From NCBI GenBank assembly GCA_045540115.1, contig JAZQGR010000075.1:74805-138804 (forward strand): a stretch of 64,000 bases of DNA, read 5' to 3'. This DNA comes from Eubacteriales bacterium (GTDB taxonomy: Bacteria > Bacillota > Clostridia > Oscillospirales > CAG-272). A program made the position numbers and the translations under genes. The notes beneath the pieces were generated by a model. It was not told where the DNA came from. It did not search any database and was given only the letters and a program-made list of their open reading frames with translations. Below, piece after piece: positions 45,873-56,500 of this stretch (positions are counted from its first letter, which is position 1; the number at the start of each line of letters is the position of its first letter).

Positions 45873-46628
45873 ATGCGACTTGACCAATTTTTAACCGAAA
45901 AGGGCTACGCCGAAACGCGCACGAAGGCAAAGAACCTTATCGAAAGCGGTTCGGTTACGGTGAACGCAAAGCTGATATTAAAGCCTGCATTTGACGTAAG
46001 CGAGGACGATGAAATATCCTGCAGAACAGACCTTGTCTGTCCATACGTCAGCCGCGGCGGACTTAAGCTCGAAGGCGCGATCCGTGAGTTCGGTATCGAT
46101 CCTGCGGGTGCTGTCTGCCTTGATGTCGGTGCTTCGTCAGGAGGCTTTACCGACTGCCTTCTAAAGCATGGCGCAAGCAAGGTGTATGCGGTGGATTCCG
46201 GAAGCGGTCAGCTTCATAAGTCCCTTCATTCCGACAGCCGCGTTATCTCGCTCGAAAACGTAAACGCGCGTTACTTGAGTGAAAAAGAGATACCCGAAAA
46301 GGCGGATATAATCGTCATGGACGTTTCGTTCATTTCTCAAACCAAGCTTTATCCCGCTATCGTTCCGCTTATGAAGGACGGTGGAATTTTCATCTCCCTT
46401 GTCAAGCCGCAGTTTGAAGTCGGACGGAGCGGTGTCGGAAAGGGCGGAATCGTTCGCGACGAAAAGAAACGAAAGGAAGCTGTTGACGCGGTAATATCCT
46501 GTGCGGCTTCTTACGGACTTAAAAATATAAAGACTGTTCTTTCCCCTATCAAGGGCGGAGACGGTAATACTGAATTTTTGGCATATTTTGTTTTAGACAA
46601 CGAAAGGAGGCAGGATAGTGAAGATTGA
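45873..46628 (+). CDS. tlyA: TlyA-family rRNA 2'-O-methyltransferase
   Basis: S4 domain MRLDQFLTEKGY...RTKAKNLIESG and FtsJ-type motif LDVGASSGGFTDC. Confidence 0.88.
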   Translation: MRLDQFLTEKGYAETRTKAKNLIESGSVTVNAKLILKPAFDVSEDDEISCRTDLVCPYVSRGGLKLEGAIREFGIDPAGAVCLDVGASSGGFTDCLLKHGASKVYAVDSGSGQLHKSLHSDSRVISLENVNARYLSEKEIPEKADIIVMDVSFISQTKLYPAIVPLMKDGGIFISLVKPQFEVGRSGVGKGGIVRDEKKRKEAVDAVISCAASYGLKNIKTVLSPIKGGDGNTEFLAYFVLDNERRQDSED

Positions 46629-47460
46629 GGTTGCTTCAACGATCATAAAGGATCCGGGGCTATTATATACCTCGGAGCTTATATCGATGCTCAAGGAACG
46701 CGGCGACGAGATTTGGCTCGATTGCGACGCTGATCCCGCCATTGAGGGAGTAAACGCGGGCGTATCGTCCTGCCCCGATATGATAATCGTTCTCGGCGGC
46801 GACGGCTCAATTATGAGAGCAGCAAGACGAGGAGCCGTTATCGGTGTTCCGATACTTGGCATCGACCTCGGTCGAGTAGGATATCTTGCTGAGCTTTCAC
46901 CTGACGATAAGGAAGGACTTAAGGCTGTCCTTGGCGGAGAATACTATATCGAGAAGCGTGCTCTTCTTGAGGTTTCGACTGTCAAAAACGGTTGCGAGAC
47001 GGATGAGACGATGGTTGCGATAAACGACGTTGTTCTCTCGCACGGAACGGTTTCGCGCCTTCTCGATACAGAAGTTTTCTGCGACGGAAGCTCTCTCGGT
47101 CGTTATCGCTCCGACGGATTCATAGTTGCTACACCAACGGGTTCAACTGCGTATTCGCTCTCGGCGGGAGGTCCTGTGCTTTCCCCCAAGCTTAAGGGTA
47201 TATGTCTTACGCCAATATGTCCTCATTCGCTTACGGCAAGACCGATAATTGTCCCCGAGGACTCGCATATAGAGATCAAATACCTCTCGCCGTTACCCTC
47301 GCAATCCCATCTGACCGTCGACGGTAACGAAGCTGATATGCTTTGCTGTGGTGATTCGGTTACGGTTCGATGCTCGAGCCTGAGCGCGGATTTCATTCGT
47401 GCAAATAAAAAGCGTGATATCAGCTTTTACGATATTTTAAGAGAAAAAATGTCTGATTGA
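46618..47460 (+). CDS. nadK: NAD(+) kinase
   Basis: GTG start after AGGAGG. GGDGSIMRAAR, NDVV and ATPTGSTAYSLSAGGP. Confidence 0.9.
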   Translation: MKIEVASTIIKDPGLLYTSELISMLKERGDEIWLDCDADPAIEGVNAGVSSCPDMIIVLGGDGSIMRAARRGAVIGVPILGIDLGRVGYLAELSPDDKEGLKAVLGGEYYIEKRALLEVSTVKNGCETDETMVAINDVVLSHGTVSRLLDTEVFCDGSSLGRYRSDGFIVATPTGSTAYSLSAGGPVLSPKLKGICLTPICPHSLTARPIIVPEDSHIEIKYLSPLPSQSHLTVDGNEADMLCCGDSVTVRCSSLSADFIRANKKRDISFYDILREKMSD

Positions 47461-47470
47461 GGAAACGAAA

Positions 47471-47926
47471 ATGAAGTACAAAAGACATAATAAAATAATT
47501 GAGATAATAACGGAATACGATATTGAAACGCAGGACGAGCTTATAAACAAGCTTCGCGAATCGGGCTTCGACGTAACGCAGGCGACTGTATCGCGAGACA
47601 TTCGTTCGCTTAAGCTTGTCAAGGTTTCAACACCCGATCACCGCTATAAGTACGCCCTTTCTCCCCGTGATGATATCCATATTTCCGCAAAGTACAGAAA
47701 CATCATAAGAGAGACGATAATCAAGGTCGATTTCGCCAACAATTTCGTTGTTCTCAAAACCTACGCAGGTATGGCGCAGGCGGCAGCTGCCGCGATCGAC
47801 GGAATGGGATGGAGCGAGCTTGTCGGAAGCATCGCGGGCGACGATACCATTTTCGTGATGATGCGCGATAACACGGGCGCGATCGAATTTTCAGAAAAAC
47901 TTAAACAGATAACGAGAGGAAACTGA
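47471..47926 (+). CDS. argR: Arginine repressor
   Basis: Winged-helix segment VTQATVSRDIRSLKLVK and C-terminal GTIAGDDTIFV-like motif (GSIAGDDTIFVM). Confidence 0.9.
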   Translation: MKYKRHNKIIEIITEYDIETQDELINKLRESGFDVTQATVSRDIRSLKLVKVSTPDHRYKYALSPRDDIHISAKYRNIIRETIIKVDFANNFVVLKTYAGMAQAAAAAIDGMGWSELVGSIAGDDTIFVMMRDNTGAIEFSEKLKQITRGN

Positions 47927-49626
47927 TGTTATCATCACTTCACATTGAAAATATCGCCGTCATAAAGTACGCCGATATCGATTTTGAAAGCGGGTTTCAG
48001 GTCCTGACGGGTGAAACGGGAGCGGGTAAGAGTATTCTTATCGACTGTATAAACCTGCTTCTCGGCGCTCGACCGAGCAAGGACCTTATCCGTAACGGCG
48101 AAACCAAGGCGATGGTATCGGGTCTGTTTACCGATATTGAGGCGCCGCTTTCCCGTCTGCCTTCCGAGCTTGATATTGCCCCCGACGAGGACGGCTGTAT
48201 ATTGCTTTCACGTACCTTTGACCTTGACGGTAAGGCTCAGACAAAGCTTAACGGCAGAACGATCCCCGCGTCGTTGCAAAGAGAGATAATGCCGTACCTT
48301 ATCAATATTCACGGTCAGAATGATAACAGAATATTGATGTCGCTTTCGGCACAGCTTTCGTATCTTGACGGTTATGCGGGAAACGATGAGCTGCTTAACG
48401 AATATTCGGTAGTGTACGAGGCGCTTGATGCCTGCCGCAAGAGGATGCTTTCTCTTAAACGCGACGAAAGAGAAAAGGCGCGTATGAGCGAGCTTCTTCG
48501 ATATCAGGTTAATGAAATTGACGAAGCGAAGCTAAAGATCGGCGAGGAAGAAGAACTTGAAAAGCGGCGCGAAAAGGTAAAGAATGCCGAAAAGATCCTC
48601 AAGCAGTCGCGACTTATAACAAAAGCACTTTACCGCGGAGAAAAGGCACTGCCTGCATACGAGCTTATAAAGAAGTCGGTAGCGGCTCTCGAAAGCATTT
48701 CGGAGTACGTGCCGAACGCGGAAGAGTATATCGAAAAGCTCAATAATATGACGTATGAGCTTGAGGAGATCGGTCTTACCGTTTCTGATATAGCTGAAGC
48801 AGATTATGACGATCCCGAAGCTGAGCTTGATATTATAGAAACGCGTCTTGATCTTATTTCAAAGCTTGAAAAGAAGTACGGTATTGGTATTGAAGAGATC
48901 CTTTCCTTCCGCGAAAAAGCCGCAAATGAGCTCAAAGAGATTGAAAGTGCCGACGAGCTACTTGACGAGCTTCGGATCGAGTATTCAAAGCATAAAAAGA
49001 AAGCGACTGATCTTGCTTCGCGCCTGACGGAGAACCGTCAGAGGGCGGCGCTTACTCTTGAAAAGAGCGTTGTTGACGAGCTATCCTATCTTGAAATGCC
49101 GAAGGTGCGCTTCAAGGCCGATATCAAGCCGTCGCTTGACGAGAACGGCAAAACGAAGCTGATAAAGCATGGTGCTGACACGGTAGAATTTCTTCTGTCG
49201 GCAAACCCGGGTGAGCCGCTTAAGCCGTTATCGAAGATTGCTTCGGGCGGTGAGCTTTCAAGAATAATGCTCGCGCTCAAGAATATAAACTCCTACGGAA
49301 GCGAGGGCGAGACGCTGATATTCGACGAGATAGATACGGGCGTTTCGGGTAAGACCTCGCAGAAGATAGGAATACGCCTGCGCGCGTTGGCATCTAAAAA
49401 CCAGGTAATATGCGTTACTCACTCGGCACAGATAGCCGCGGAGGCGCATGAGCATTATCTGATAAAGAAACAGGAAATCGACGGTAGGGTAGAAACCTCC
49501 GTTACACCTCTTAACAGAGAGGGAAGAATAAACGAGCTTGCCCGTATAATGGGCGGCGTAAACATCACAGACAAGCTTCTTCAGTCGGCGGCAGAAATGC
49601 TCGATACGGCTGGAAGCGACGCATAA
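47926..49626 (+). CDS. recN: DNA repair protein RecN
   Basis: LTGETGAGKSI Walker A, long coiled coil, ASGGELSRIMLALK and FDEIDTGVSG. Confidence 0.93.
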   Translation: MLSSLHIENIAVIKYADIDFESGFQVLTGETGAGKSILIDCINLLLGARPSKDLIRNGETKAMVSGLFTDIEAPLSRLPSELDIAPDEDGCILLSRTFDLDGKAQTKLNGRTIPASLQREIMPYLINIHGQNDNRILMSLSAQLSYLDGYAGNDELLNEYSVVYEALDACRKRMLSLKRDEREKARMSELLRYQVNEIDEAKLKIGEEEELEKRREKVKNAEKILKQSRLITKALYRGEKALPAYELIKKSVAALESISEYVPNAEEYIEKLNNMTYELEEIGLTVSDIAEADYDDPEAELDIIETRLDLISKLEKKYGIGIEEILSFREKAANELKEIESADELLDELRIEYSKHKKKATDLASRLTENRQRAALTLEKSVVDELSYLEMPKVRFKADIKPSLDENGKTKLIKHGADTVEFLLSANPGEPLKPLSKIASGGELSRIMLALKNINSYGSEGETLIFDEIDTGVSGKTSQKIGIRLRALASKNQVICVTHSAQIAAEAHEHYLIKKQEIDGRVETSVTPLNREGRINELARIMGGVNITDKLLQSAAEMLDTAGSDA

Positions 49627-49642
49627 GAAAGGAACAACTAAA

Positions 49643-50869
49643 ATGACACTTTACGACGAACTTATTGCAAGAGGTCTTATCGCTCAGGTAACTAACGAGG
49701 ATGAGATCAAAACTATGATAAACGAAGGTAAGGCGACCTTCTATATCGGCTTTGACTGTACCGCCGATAGCTTGACGGCAGGACACTTTATGGCACTTAC
49801 TCTTATGAAGCGTCTCCAGATGGCGGGCAACAAGCCGATAGCTCTTATCGGCGGCGGCACGACTATGATCGGCGACCCCTCTGGCAGAACCGATATGAGA
49901 AAGATGCTCACTAAAGAGGATATTGACCATAACGCTGAATGCTTCAAGCGTCAGATGGAAAGATTCATAGACTTCTCCGAGGGCAAGGCGCAGATGATAA
50001 ACAACGCCGATTGGCTCCTTAAGCTGAATTACGTTGAACTTCTCCGCGAGGTCGGTGCCTGCTTCTCCGTTAACAATATGCTCAGAGCAAAGTGCTATGA
50101 GCAGAGAATGGAGAAGGGACTTTCATTCCTTGAATTTAACTACATGATAATGCAGTCCTACGACTTCTACTACCTCTTCAAGGAGTACGGCTGTAATATG
50201 CAGTTCGGTGGTGACGACCAGTGGTCGAATATGCTCGGCGGTACTGAGCTTATAAGAAGAAAGCTCGGCAAGGACGCGCACGCTATGACGATTACTCTCC
50301 TTACCGACTCGCAGGGCAAGAAGATGGGTAAGACTGCAGGAAACGCAGTATGGCTCGACGCTAAAAAGACGAGTCCCTACGATTTCTTCCAGTACTGGCG
50401 CAACGTTGCTGACTCCGACGTTCTTAAGTGCATAAGAATGCTTACATTCCTCCCGATCGAAGAGATAAACGAGATGGATAAGTGGGAGGGCGCACAGCTC
50501 AATAAGGCAAAGGAGATCCTCGGCTACGAGCTTACCAAGATGGTTCACGGCGAGGAGGAAGCAAATAAAGCACTTGAGGCATCGAGAGCAGTATTTGCGA
50601 ACGGCGGTGTATCTGCTGATATGCCTACTACCGAGCTTACTGCAGAAAATTTCGTTGACGGCTCTATTCTCGTTTCCGACCTTCTCGTTCTCGGAGGACT
50701 TGCTCCTTCAAAGGGCGAAGCAAAGCGTCTTATTCAGCAGGGTGGTATTCTCGTAAACGACGAAAAGGTTGCACAGTTTAACGCAAGCGTGGCGCTTGAT
50801 ACCTTCGGCGACGGACTTATTGTTAAGAAGGGCAAGAAGGTATTCCATCGCTTCACCGTCAAGGCATAA
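49643..50869 (+). CDS. tyrS: Tyrosine--tRNA ligase
   Basis: GFDCTADSLTAGH (HIGH region), GGTTMIGDPSG, KMGKT (KMSKS equivalent) and a C-terminal S4 domain. It lies only 16 nt after recN. Confidence 0.9.
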   Translation: MTLYDELIARGLIAQVTNEDEIKTMINEGKATFYIGFDCTADSLTAGHFMALTLMKRLQMAGNKPIALIGGGTTMIGDPSGRTDMRKMLTKEDIDHNAECFKRQMERFIDFSEGKAQMINNADWLLKLNYVELLREVGACFSVNNMLRAKCYEQRMEKGLSFLEFNYMIMQSYDFYYLFKEYGCNMQFGGDDQWSNMLGGTELIRRKLGKDAHAMTITLLTDSQGKKMGKTAGNAVWLDAKKTSPYDFFQYWRNVADSDVLKCIRMLTFLPIEEINEMDKWEGAQLNKAKEILGYELTKMVHGEEEANKALEASRAVFANGGVSADMPTTELTAENFVDGSILVSDLLVLGGLAPSKGEAKRLIQQGGILVNDEKVAQFNASVALDTFGDGLIVKKGKKVFHRFTVKA

Positions 50870-50924
50870 TAACAGATCATCACTTATTTCATATAATAGG
50901 TAAAAAACGAAAGGAGCAGATAAT

Positions 50925-51860
50925 ATGCTCTCAAACTCAAGTCTTCTTGAGCAATATTTGACCGATGCGGAAAACGAAGGGCTCCTGACTTACAGACGAG
51001 ACCTTCCGCTTTCGACAGTATCTTCATTCCGTATAGGCGGAAACGCTTCATACGTGATCTATCCGACAGTCTCTCACGAGATTGCGTCAGTATCAGCGTT
51101 CTGTAAGAGCATAAGCATACCGTGTATCGTTATCGGAAACGCTTCAAACCTACTCTTTTCCGACAGCGGTTACGAGGGAGCTGTCATCGTCACTACTCAG
51201 GTTAAGGATATTGTGATCGACGGTAATACCGTCAAGGTAGGATGCGGAGCATCGCTTACTCATCTTGCTTCGGTTGTTGCTGAAGCATCACTTACGGGTC
51301 TTGAATTTGCCTATGGTATCCCCGGCACCGTCGGCGGTGCGGTCTATATGAACGCGGGCGCCTACGGCGGCGAGATCAAGGACGTTTGTTTATCCGTTAC
51401 CGTTTATGACGGAGAGCTCGATGAGATTTACGACATCAAGGCAGAGGACTGCGGGTTCGGCTACCGCGAAAGCATTTTCCAAAATAGCGATAAAATTATT
51501 CTCGGCGCAAAGCTCCGTTTAAGTGAGGGCGTGCATAGCGACATAACCGAAAAGATGAACTGTCTTATGCAGCAGCGTATCGATAAGCAGCCGCTTAACT
51601 ATCCCTCGGCAGGCAGTACCTTCAAGCGTTATCCCGGGTTTTTTTCGGGTAAGCTTATAGAGGAAGCAGGACTGAAGGGTTATACAGTCGGCGGCGCGCA
51701 GGTCTCTGAAAAGCACGCGGGCTTTATAATCAATGTCGGTAATGCGACGGCATCCGACGTTCTTGCACTTATCGGTCACATCAGGAGCGTAATAAAGGAA
51801 AATGTCGGTATTGAGCTTCAGACGGAAGTGAAATATATAGAAAATCCGGCAGATAAATAA
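50925..51860 (+). CDS. murB: UDP-N-acetylenolpyruvoylglucosamine reductase
   Basis: FRIGGNASY, GNASNLLFSD, GIPGTVGGAVYMNAGAYG and PSAGSTFK. Confidence 0.92.
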   Translation: MLSNSSLLEQYLTDAENEGLLTYRRDLPLSTVSSFRIGGNASYVIYPTVSHEIASVSAFCKSISIPCIVIGNASNLLFSDSGYEGAVIVTTQVKDIVIDGNTVKVGCGASLTHLASVVAEASLTGLEFAYGIPGTVGGAVYMNAGAYGGEIKDVCLSVTVYDGELDEIYDIKAEDCGFGYRESIFQNSDKIILGAKLRLSEGVHSDITEKMNCLMQQRIDKQPLNYPSAGSTFKRYPGFFSGKLIEEAGLKGYTVGGAQVSEKHAGFIINVGNATASDVLALIGHIRSVIKENVGIELQTEVKYIENPADK

Positions 51861-51861
51861 T

Positions 51862-52737
51862 ATGTACGAGTCATTTTCACAAGATGTTAAAAACGAAATA
51901 TCATCGTCGCACATAAAAAATAAATGTTGTAGGAAGGCATTTTTGCGTGGAATGATATTCGGCACTAACGCCCAAGACGATAGTGCTCTTTATCTTGAAA
52001 GCGAAAATCCTTCGGTTGTAATGCACTACGCAAAGCTGATTAAGGAAATAACGGGGCGACGCAAGGAAAGCGACATTTCCTTTACTGCAATAACCGATCA
52101 GGATCGTCTTGATGAGCTATGCTCACTTCTTGATATCAAAAGTGTTGACGACTCTGTTTCACCCGTCAGCGGCTGTGAGGAATGTGTAAAGTCCTTTATT
52201 AAGGGCGCGTTTTTGACCTGCGGTACGGTTACCTATCCCGAGAACTCATATCACATGGAGTTTCTTGTGCGCGGTAACGAGAGGGCTGAAACGATAATGT
52301 CGATTCTCGGTCAGATCGGCACGAATCCTAAGCTTATTGAGCGTCGAAGCGGCTTCTTCGGAGTGTATTTCAAGGATAGCGAGAGCGTGCTTGATATGTT
52401 CGGCATACTCGGTGCAAACAGAGCAACTTTCAAGATGCTTGACGTAAAGATGTATAAGGATTTCCGCAACAATATAAACCGCGTAAACAACTGCGAAATG
52501 GCAAATATGGGAAAGACCGCGGCGGCGTTTGAAGCACAGATGCGTGCGATCGAAAAAATAGTTAACGCGGGCAAGCTGGACGAGCTACCCGATGAGCTTA
52601 AGACTACGCTCGATCTTCGTGCTGCATTTCCGAGCGCGACCTTAAAGGAGCTTGCCGAAATGCATACTCCGCCGATTACTAAGTCGGGAGTTAATCATCG
52701 TTTACAGAAAATACAGCTTTTTGCTGAAAAATTGTAA
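51862..52737 (+). CDS. whiA: DNA-binding protein WhiA
   Basis: SFSQDVKNEI...CCRKAFLRGMIFG, a degenerate LAGLIDADG core, and a C-terminal HTH (PITKSGVNHRLQKI). Confidence 0.85.
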   Translation: MYESFSQDVKNEISSSHIKNKCCRKAFLRGMIFGTNAQDDSALYLESENPSVVMHYAKLIKEITGRRKESDISFTAITDQDRLDELCSLLDIKSVDDSVSPVSGCEECVKSFIKGAFLTCGTVTYPENSYHMEFLVRGNERAETIMSILGQIGTNPKLIERRSGFFGVYFKDSESVLDMFGILGANRATFKMLDVKMYKDFRNNINRVNNCEMANMGKTAAAFEAQMRAIEKIVNAGKLDELPDELKTTLDLRAAFPSATLKELAEMHTPPITKSGVNHRLQKIQLFAEKL

Positions 52738-52747
52738 GGAGACCGAC

Positions 52748-53476
52748 ATGAAATATACTTATGGACTTCAGCTTTACAGCGTCCGTGATATTACTGAGAA
52801 AAATCTCCCGATGGCGCTTGAACAGGTTGCCGCTCTCGGCTATAAAGAGGTCGAATTTGCCGGATTTTTTGGCTATTCGGCAGAAAAAATAAAGGAGATG
52901 CTCGATAAAAACGGACTTGCCGTTTCGGGTACTCATACCGGCTGGGACGAGCTTACTCCCGAGAACATCGAAAAGACCGTTGAATATCACGAGGTCATCG
53001 GTAATCATAATATCATCGTTCCGGGCGCAGATCTCAACACTCTTGAAAAGATAGAAAAGTTTTGCGAGGTAATGAATTTCGCACAGCCGAAATTGAACAA
53101 AGAGGGAATATCCCTTGCTTTCCATAACCATTCGCGCGAATTTGAACTTCAAAGCTGGGGTTCAACCATTCATTCAGAGCTTGAAAAGAGATTGGGTATT
53201 GATTTTGAGATTGATACCTTTTGGGCATTCAACGCAGGATGCGATCCTATTGAGGTCATGGATCGTCTGAAGGACAGAATCAAGGTCATTCACCTCAAGG
53301 ATGGTTTTAAGGGCGGAGTGGGTAAGCCTCTCGGTCAGGGTGAGGCACCTATTAAGGCGATCAGAGATTACGCATACGAGCACGGCTTCGGCATCGTAGT
53401 TGAGAGCGAAACGCTTACCCCGGATGGATTGACCGAAGCAAAGGAATGTATCAAATTTCTTAAAACAATAGATTAA
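52748..53476 (+). CDS. Sugar phosphate isomerase/epimerase (xylose isomerase-like TIM barrel)
   Basis: YGLQLYSVRD, GYKEVEFAG, AFHNH and HLKD. RBS AAGGAGA lies before ATG 52748. Confidence 0.75.
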   Translation: MKYTYGLQLYSVRDITEKNLPMALEQVAALGYKEVEFAGFFGYSAEKIKEMLDKNGLAVSGTHTGWDELTPENIEKTVEYHEVIGNHNIIVPGADLNTLEKIEKFCEVMNFAQPKLNKEGISLAFHNHSREFELQSWGSTIHSELEKRLGIDFEIDTFWAFNAGCDPIEVMDRLKDRIKVIHLKDGFKGGVGKPLGQGEAPIKAIRDYAYEHGFGIVVESETLTPDGLTEAKECIKFLKTID

Positions 53477-53511
53477 ATGTTTTGAAAATTTACTGAAAGG
53501 AGGATAAGGTG

Positions 53512-56500
53512 ATGTCTGATTTCGTACATTTGCATCTGCATACAGAATACAGCTTGCTTGATGGAGCTTGCCGCTTGAGTGAGATACCTAAGCGAGCAAA
53601 AGAACTTGGTCAGAGCGCGGTTGCAATAACCGATCACGGCGTGATGTACGGAGTTGTCGGATTCTACAATGCTTGTAAGGACGCAGGCATTAAGCCAATC
53701 ATCGGCTGTGAAGTATACGTTGCATCGAAATCGCGCTTCGATAAAACGGTAAGCGGAGATAACGAGCCCAATCATCTTGTTCTCCTTGTTAAAAACGAGG
53801 TCGGATATAAAAATCTGACGTATATGGTCTCCTGCGCTCATACGGAGGGCTTCTACCGTAAGCCGAGGATCGACCTTGAATTGCTTTCCGAGCATGCGGA
53901 GGGACTTGTATGCCTTTCCGCCTGCTTAAGCGGTATGATTCCACGCCTCGTTATGTCAGGTAACGTAAGCGAGGCAGATGAATACGCAAGAAGGCTTGAC
54001 GGCATTTTCGGCAGAGGCAACTTATACCTTGAGCTTCAGGATGAAGGCATCGATGGGCAGAGAATGGTAAACGAATGCATTGCGGGAATTTCCGAGCGAA
54101 CGGGAATACCGCTTGTTGCCACCAACGACGTTCATTATCTGCGCAAGGAAGACGCGTTCACACAGTCGGTTATGATGTGTATTCAGACGAACAACGTCAT
54201 CTCCGACGGCAGGCCCATTGGCTTTGAAACCGATGAGTTCTATATGAAAAGCGGAGACGAAATGTCAAAGCTTCTCGGCAGATACGACGGTGCTATTGAA
54301 AATACCGTTAAGATCGCAGAGATGTGTAATTATGATTTCGTTTTCGGAAAAACGTTCTTGCCGCGATTTGATCCGCCCGACGGATTAAACGCGAAGGATT
54401 ATCTGCGTCAGCTTGCCTACGATGGGCTCGAACGACGCGAAAAGGACGGAAGCATCGTTTACGACGAGCATTTTAAACGAGAGGATTATAAGCTTCGCAT
54501 TGACTACGAGCACGTTGTGGTTACCTCTATGGGATATGCGTCTTATTACCTTATCGTCTCTGATTTCGTAAACTATGCAAAATCGAAAATGATACCAACG
54601 GGCCCCGGACGCGGATCGGGTGCAGGAAGCTTGATAGCTTACCTTCTCGGAATAACCGAGGTCGATCCCGTTCGCTTCGGACTGCTGTTTGAGTCATTTC
54701 TTAATCCACAAAGAGTCAGCATGCCCGACTTTGATATAGACTTTTGTTACCGGCGACGGGATGAGGTCATAGATTACGTATCCCGTCGATACGGAGCGGA
54801 TCACGTTTCTCAGATAGTGACATTCGGAACGCTTGCAGCAAAGGCGGCTCTGCGCGATGTCGGACGAGCGCTCGGTATGGCTTATTCAAAGGTCGACAGC
54901 GTCGTCCGCGCGCTTCCTGAGCATAAGGGCGGTGTGTCGCTGACAGAGGCGGTAAACGATAAATCGTTCCGCGCTCTTTGTGACGGAGACGACGAGATAA
55001 GGGAGCTTGTACGAATTGCGACGGCTCTTGAGGGTATGCCGAGAAATTCATCTACTCACGCGGCAGGCGTCGTAATTACCGATAAACCCGTTCATGAGTA
55101 CGTTCCGCTGTCGGTAAACGGCGACACTGTCGTTACGCAGTTTGATATGGATACTGTTGCGAAGCTCGGTCTGCTTAAATTCGACTTCCTTGCGCTTCGT
55201 TATCTTACTGTTATTGACGATACCGAGAAGCTGGTAAGAAAGGAAAAGGATTCCTTCCGTGTCGCGGAGATCCCGTTTGACGATGAAGCTACATTCGAGC
55301 TGATATCGTCAGGTAAGACCGATGGGCTTTTTCAGCTTGAATCGGAGGGAATGCGGCAGCTTCTTATGCAGATGAAGCCGTCGAGCATAACCGATATAAT
55401 GGTTGCGATCGCCCTTTACCGACCGGGACCGATGGACGCGATACCAACCTTTCTGCAAAACCGTGCCGACAGAAGCAAGATCAAATATAAAATCCCCTGT
55501 TTATCCGAAATTCTTGATGAAACTTGCGGTTGCATAGTTTATCAGGAGCAGGTAATGCAGATATTCCGCTCGGTTGCGGGGTATTCTTACGGAAAGGCGG
55601 ATATTGTTCGACGTGCGATAGCAAAGAAAAAGCCCGGTGTTATCGAAAAGGAGCTTGATAATTTCATAAAGGGAGCTCTTGAACAGGGCTATTCCGAAGC
55701 CGATGCGCGAGAACTTTACGGTCAAATGACCGATTTTGCAAACTATGGCTTCAAAAAGAGCCACGCGGCGGCATACGCCTTCATCTCTTACCAAAGCGCA
55801 TACCTTAAAGCACATTATGCGCCGATGTATTACGCATCACTTATTTCGTCCGTTTTCGGCAACCAGACGAAGATGGGCGAATATATATCGGAATGCGCAA
55901 AAATGGGCATAAAGACGCTTCCGCCCGATATAAACGAGAGCGGAACGGGATTTTCCGTCAGCGGCGGTAACATCCGTTACGGACTTCCCGCAATAAAGAA
56001 CGTTGGTGCGCAGTTTATCCAGCGTGTAGTCGACGAAAGAAGGATGAGACCGTTTGCCTCTTTCTACGATTTCGCTTCGCGAATGCAGGGAAGTGACCTG
56101 AATAAGAGGCAGATCGAGTCGCTTATCAAGGCGGGAGCCTTTGATAGCCTCGGAGTTTACAGAAGCCGCCTGCTTTCTGCATATTCTGAGATAATCGAGT
56201 CTCTTAACCGCAAGGCGCACGGAAGCGTGGCGGGACAGCTTGATATGTTCTCGCCGGACACGGTTCAGGTGAGGTACCCCGATATTCCTGAATTTACACT
56301 TCGTGAGAAGCTTCGATTCGAGAAGGAAAGCGCGGGGATGTATTTCTCGGGACATCTTCTCGATGATTACGAAAAGAATATTTCCGATATTCAGCACACT
56401 GATATTCGCGTACTTCTCGAGCATGAATACAAGGAAAAGCAAACGGTTACCGTCGTGGGCGCAATAACCTCGGTTACAAAGAAGGTGACAAAAAACGGTG

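Noticed and set aside
42184-49626. The nusB-xseAB-ispA-tlyA-nadK-argR-recN cluster lacks the folD and dxs genes present in the Bacillus version.
   Set aside because: This is lineage-level synteny variation in a conserved housekeeping cluster, with no sign of recent deletion or insertion scars.
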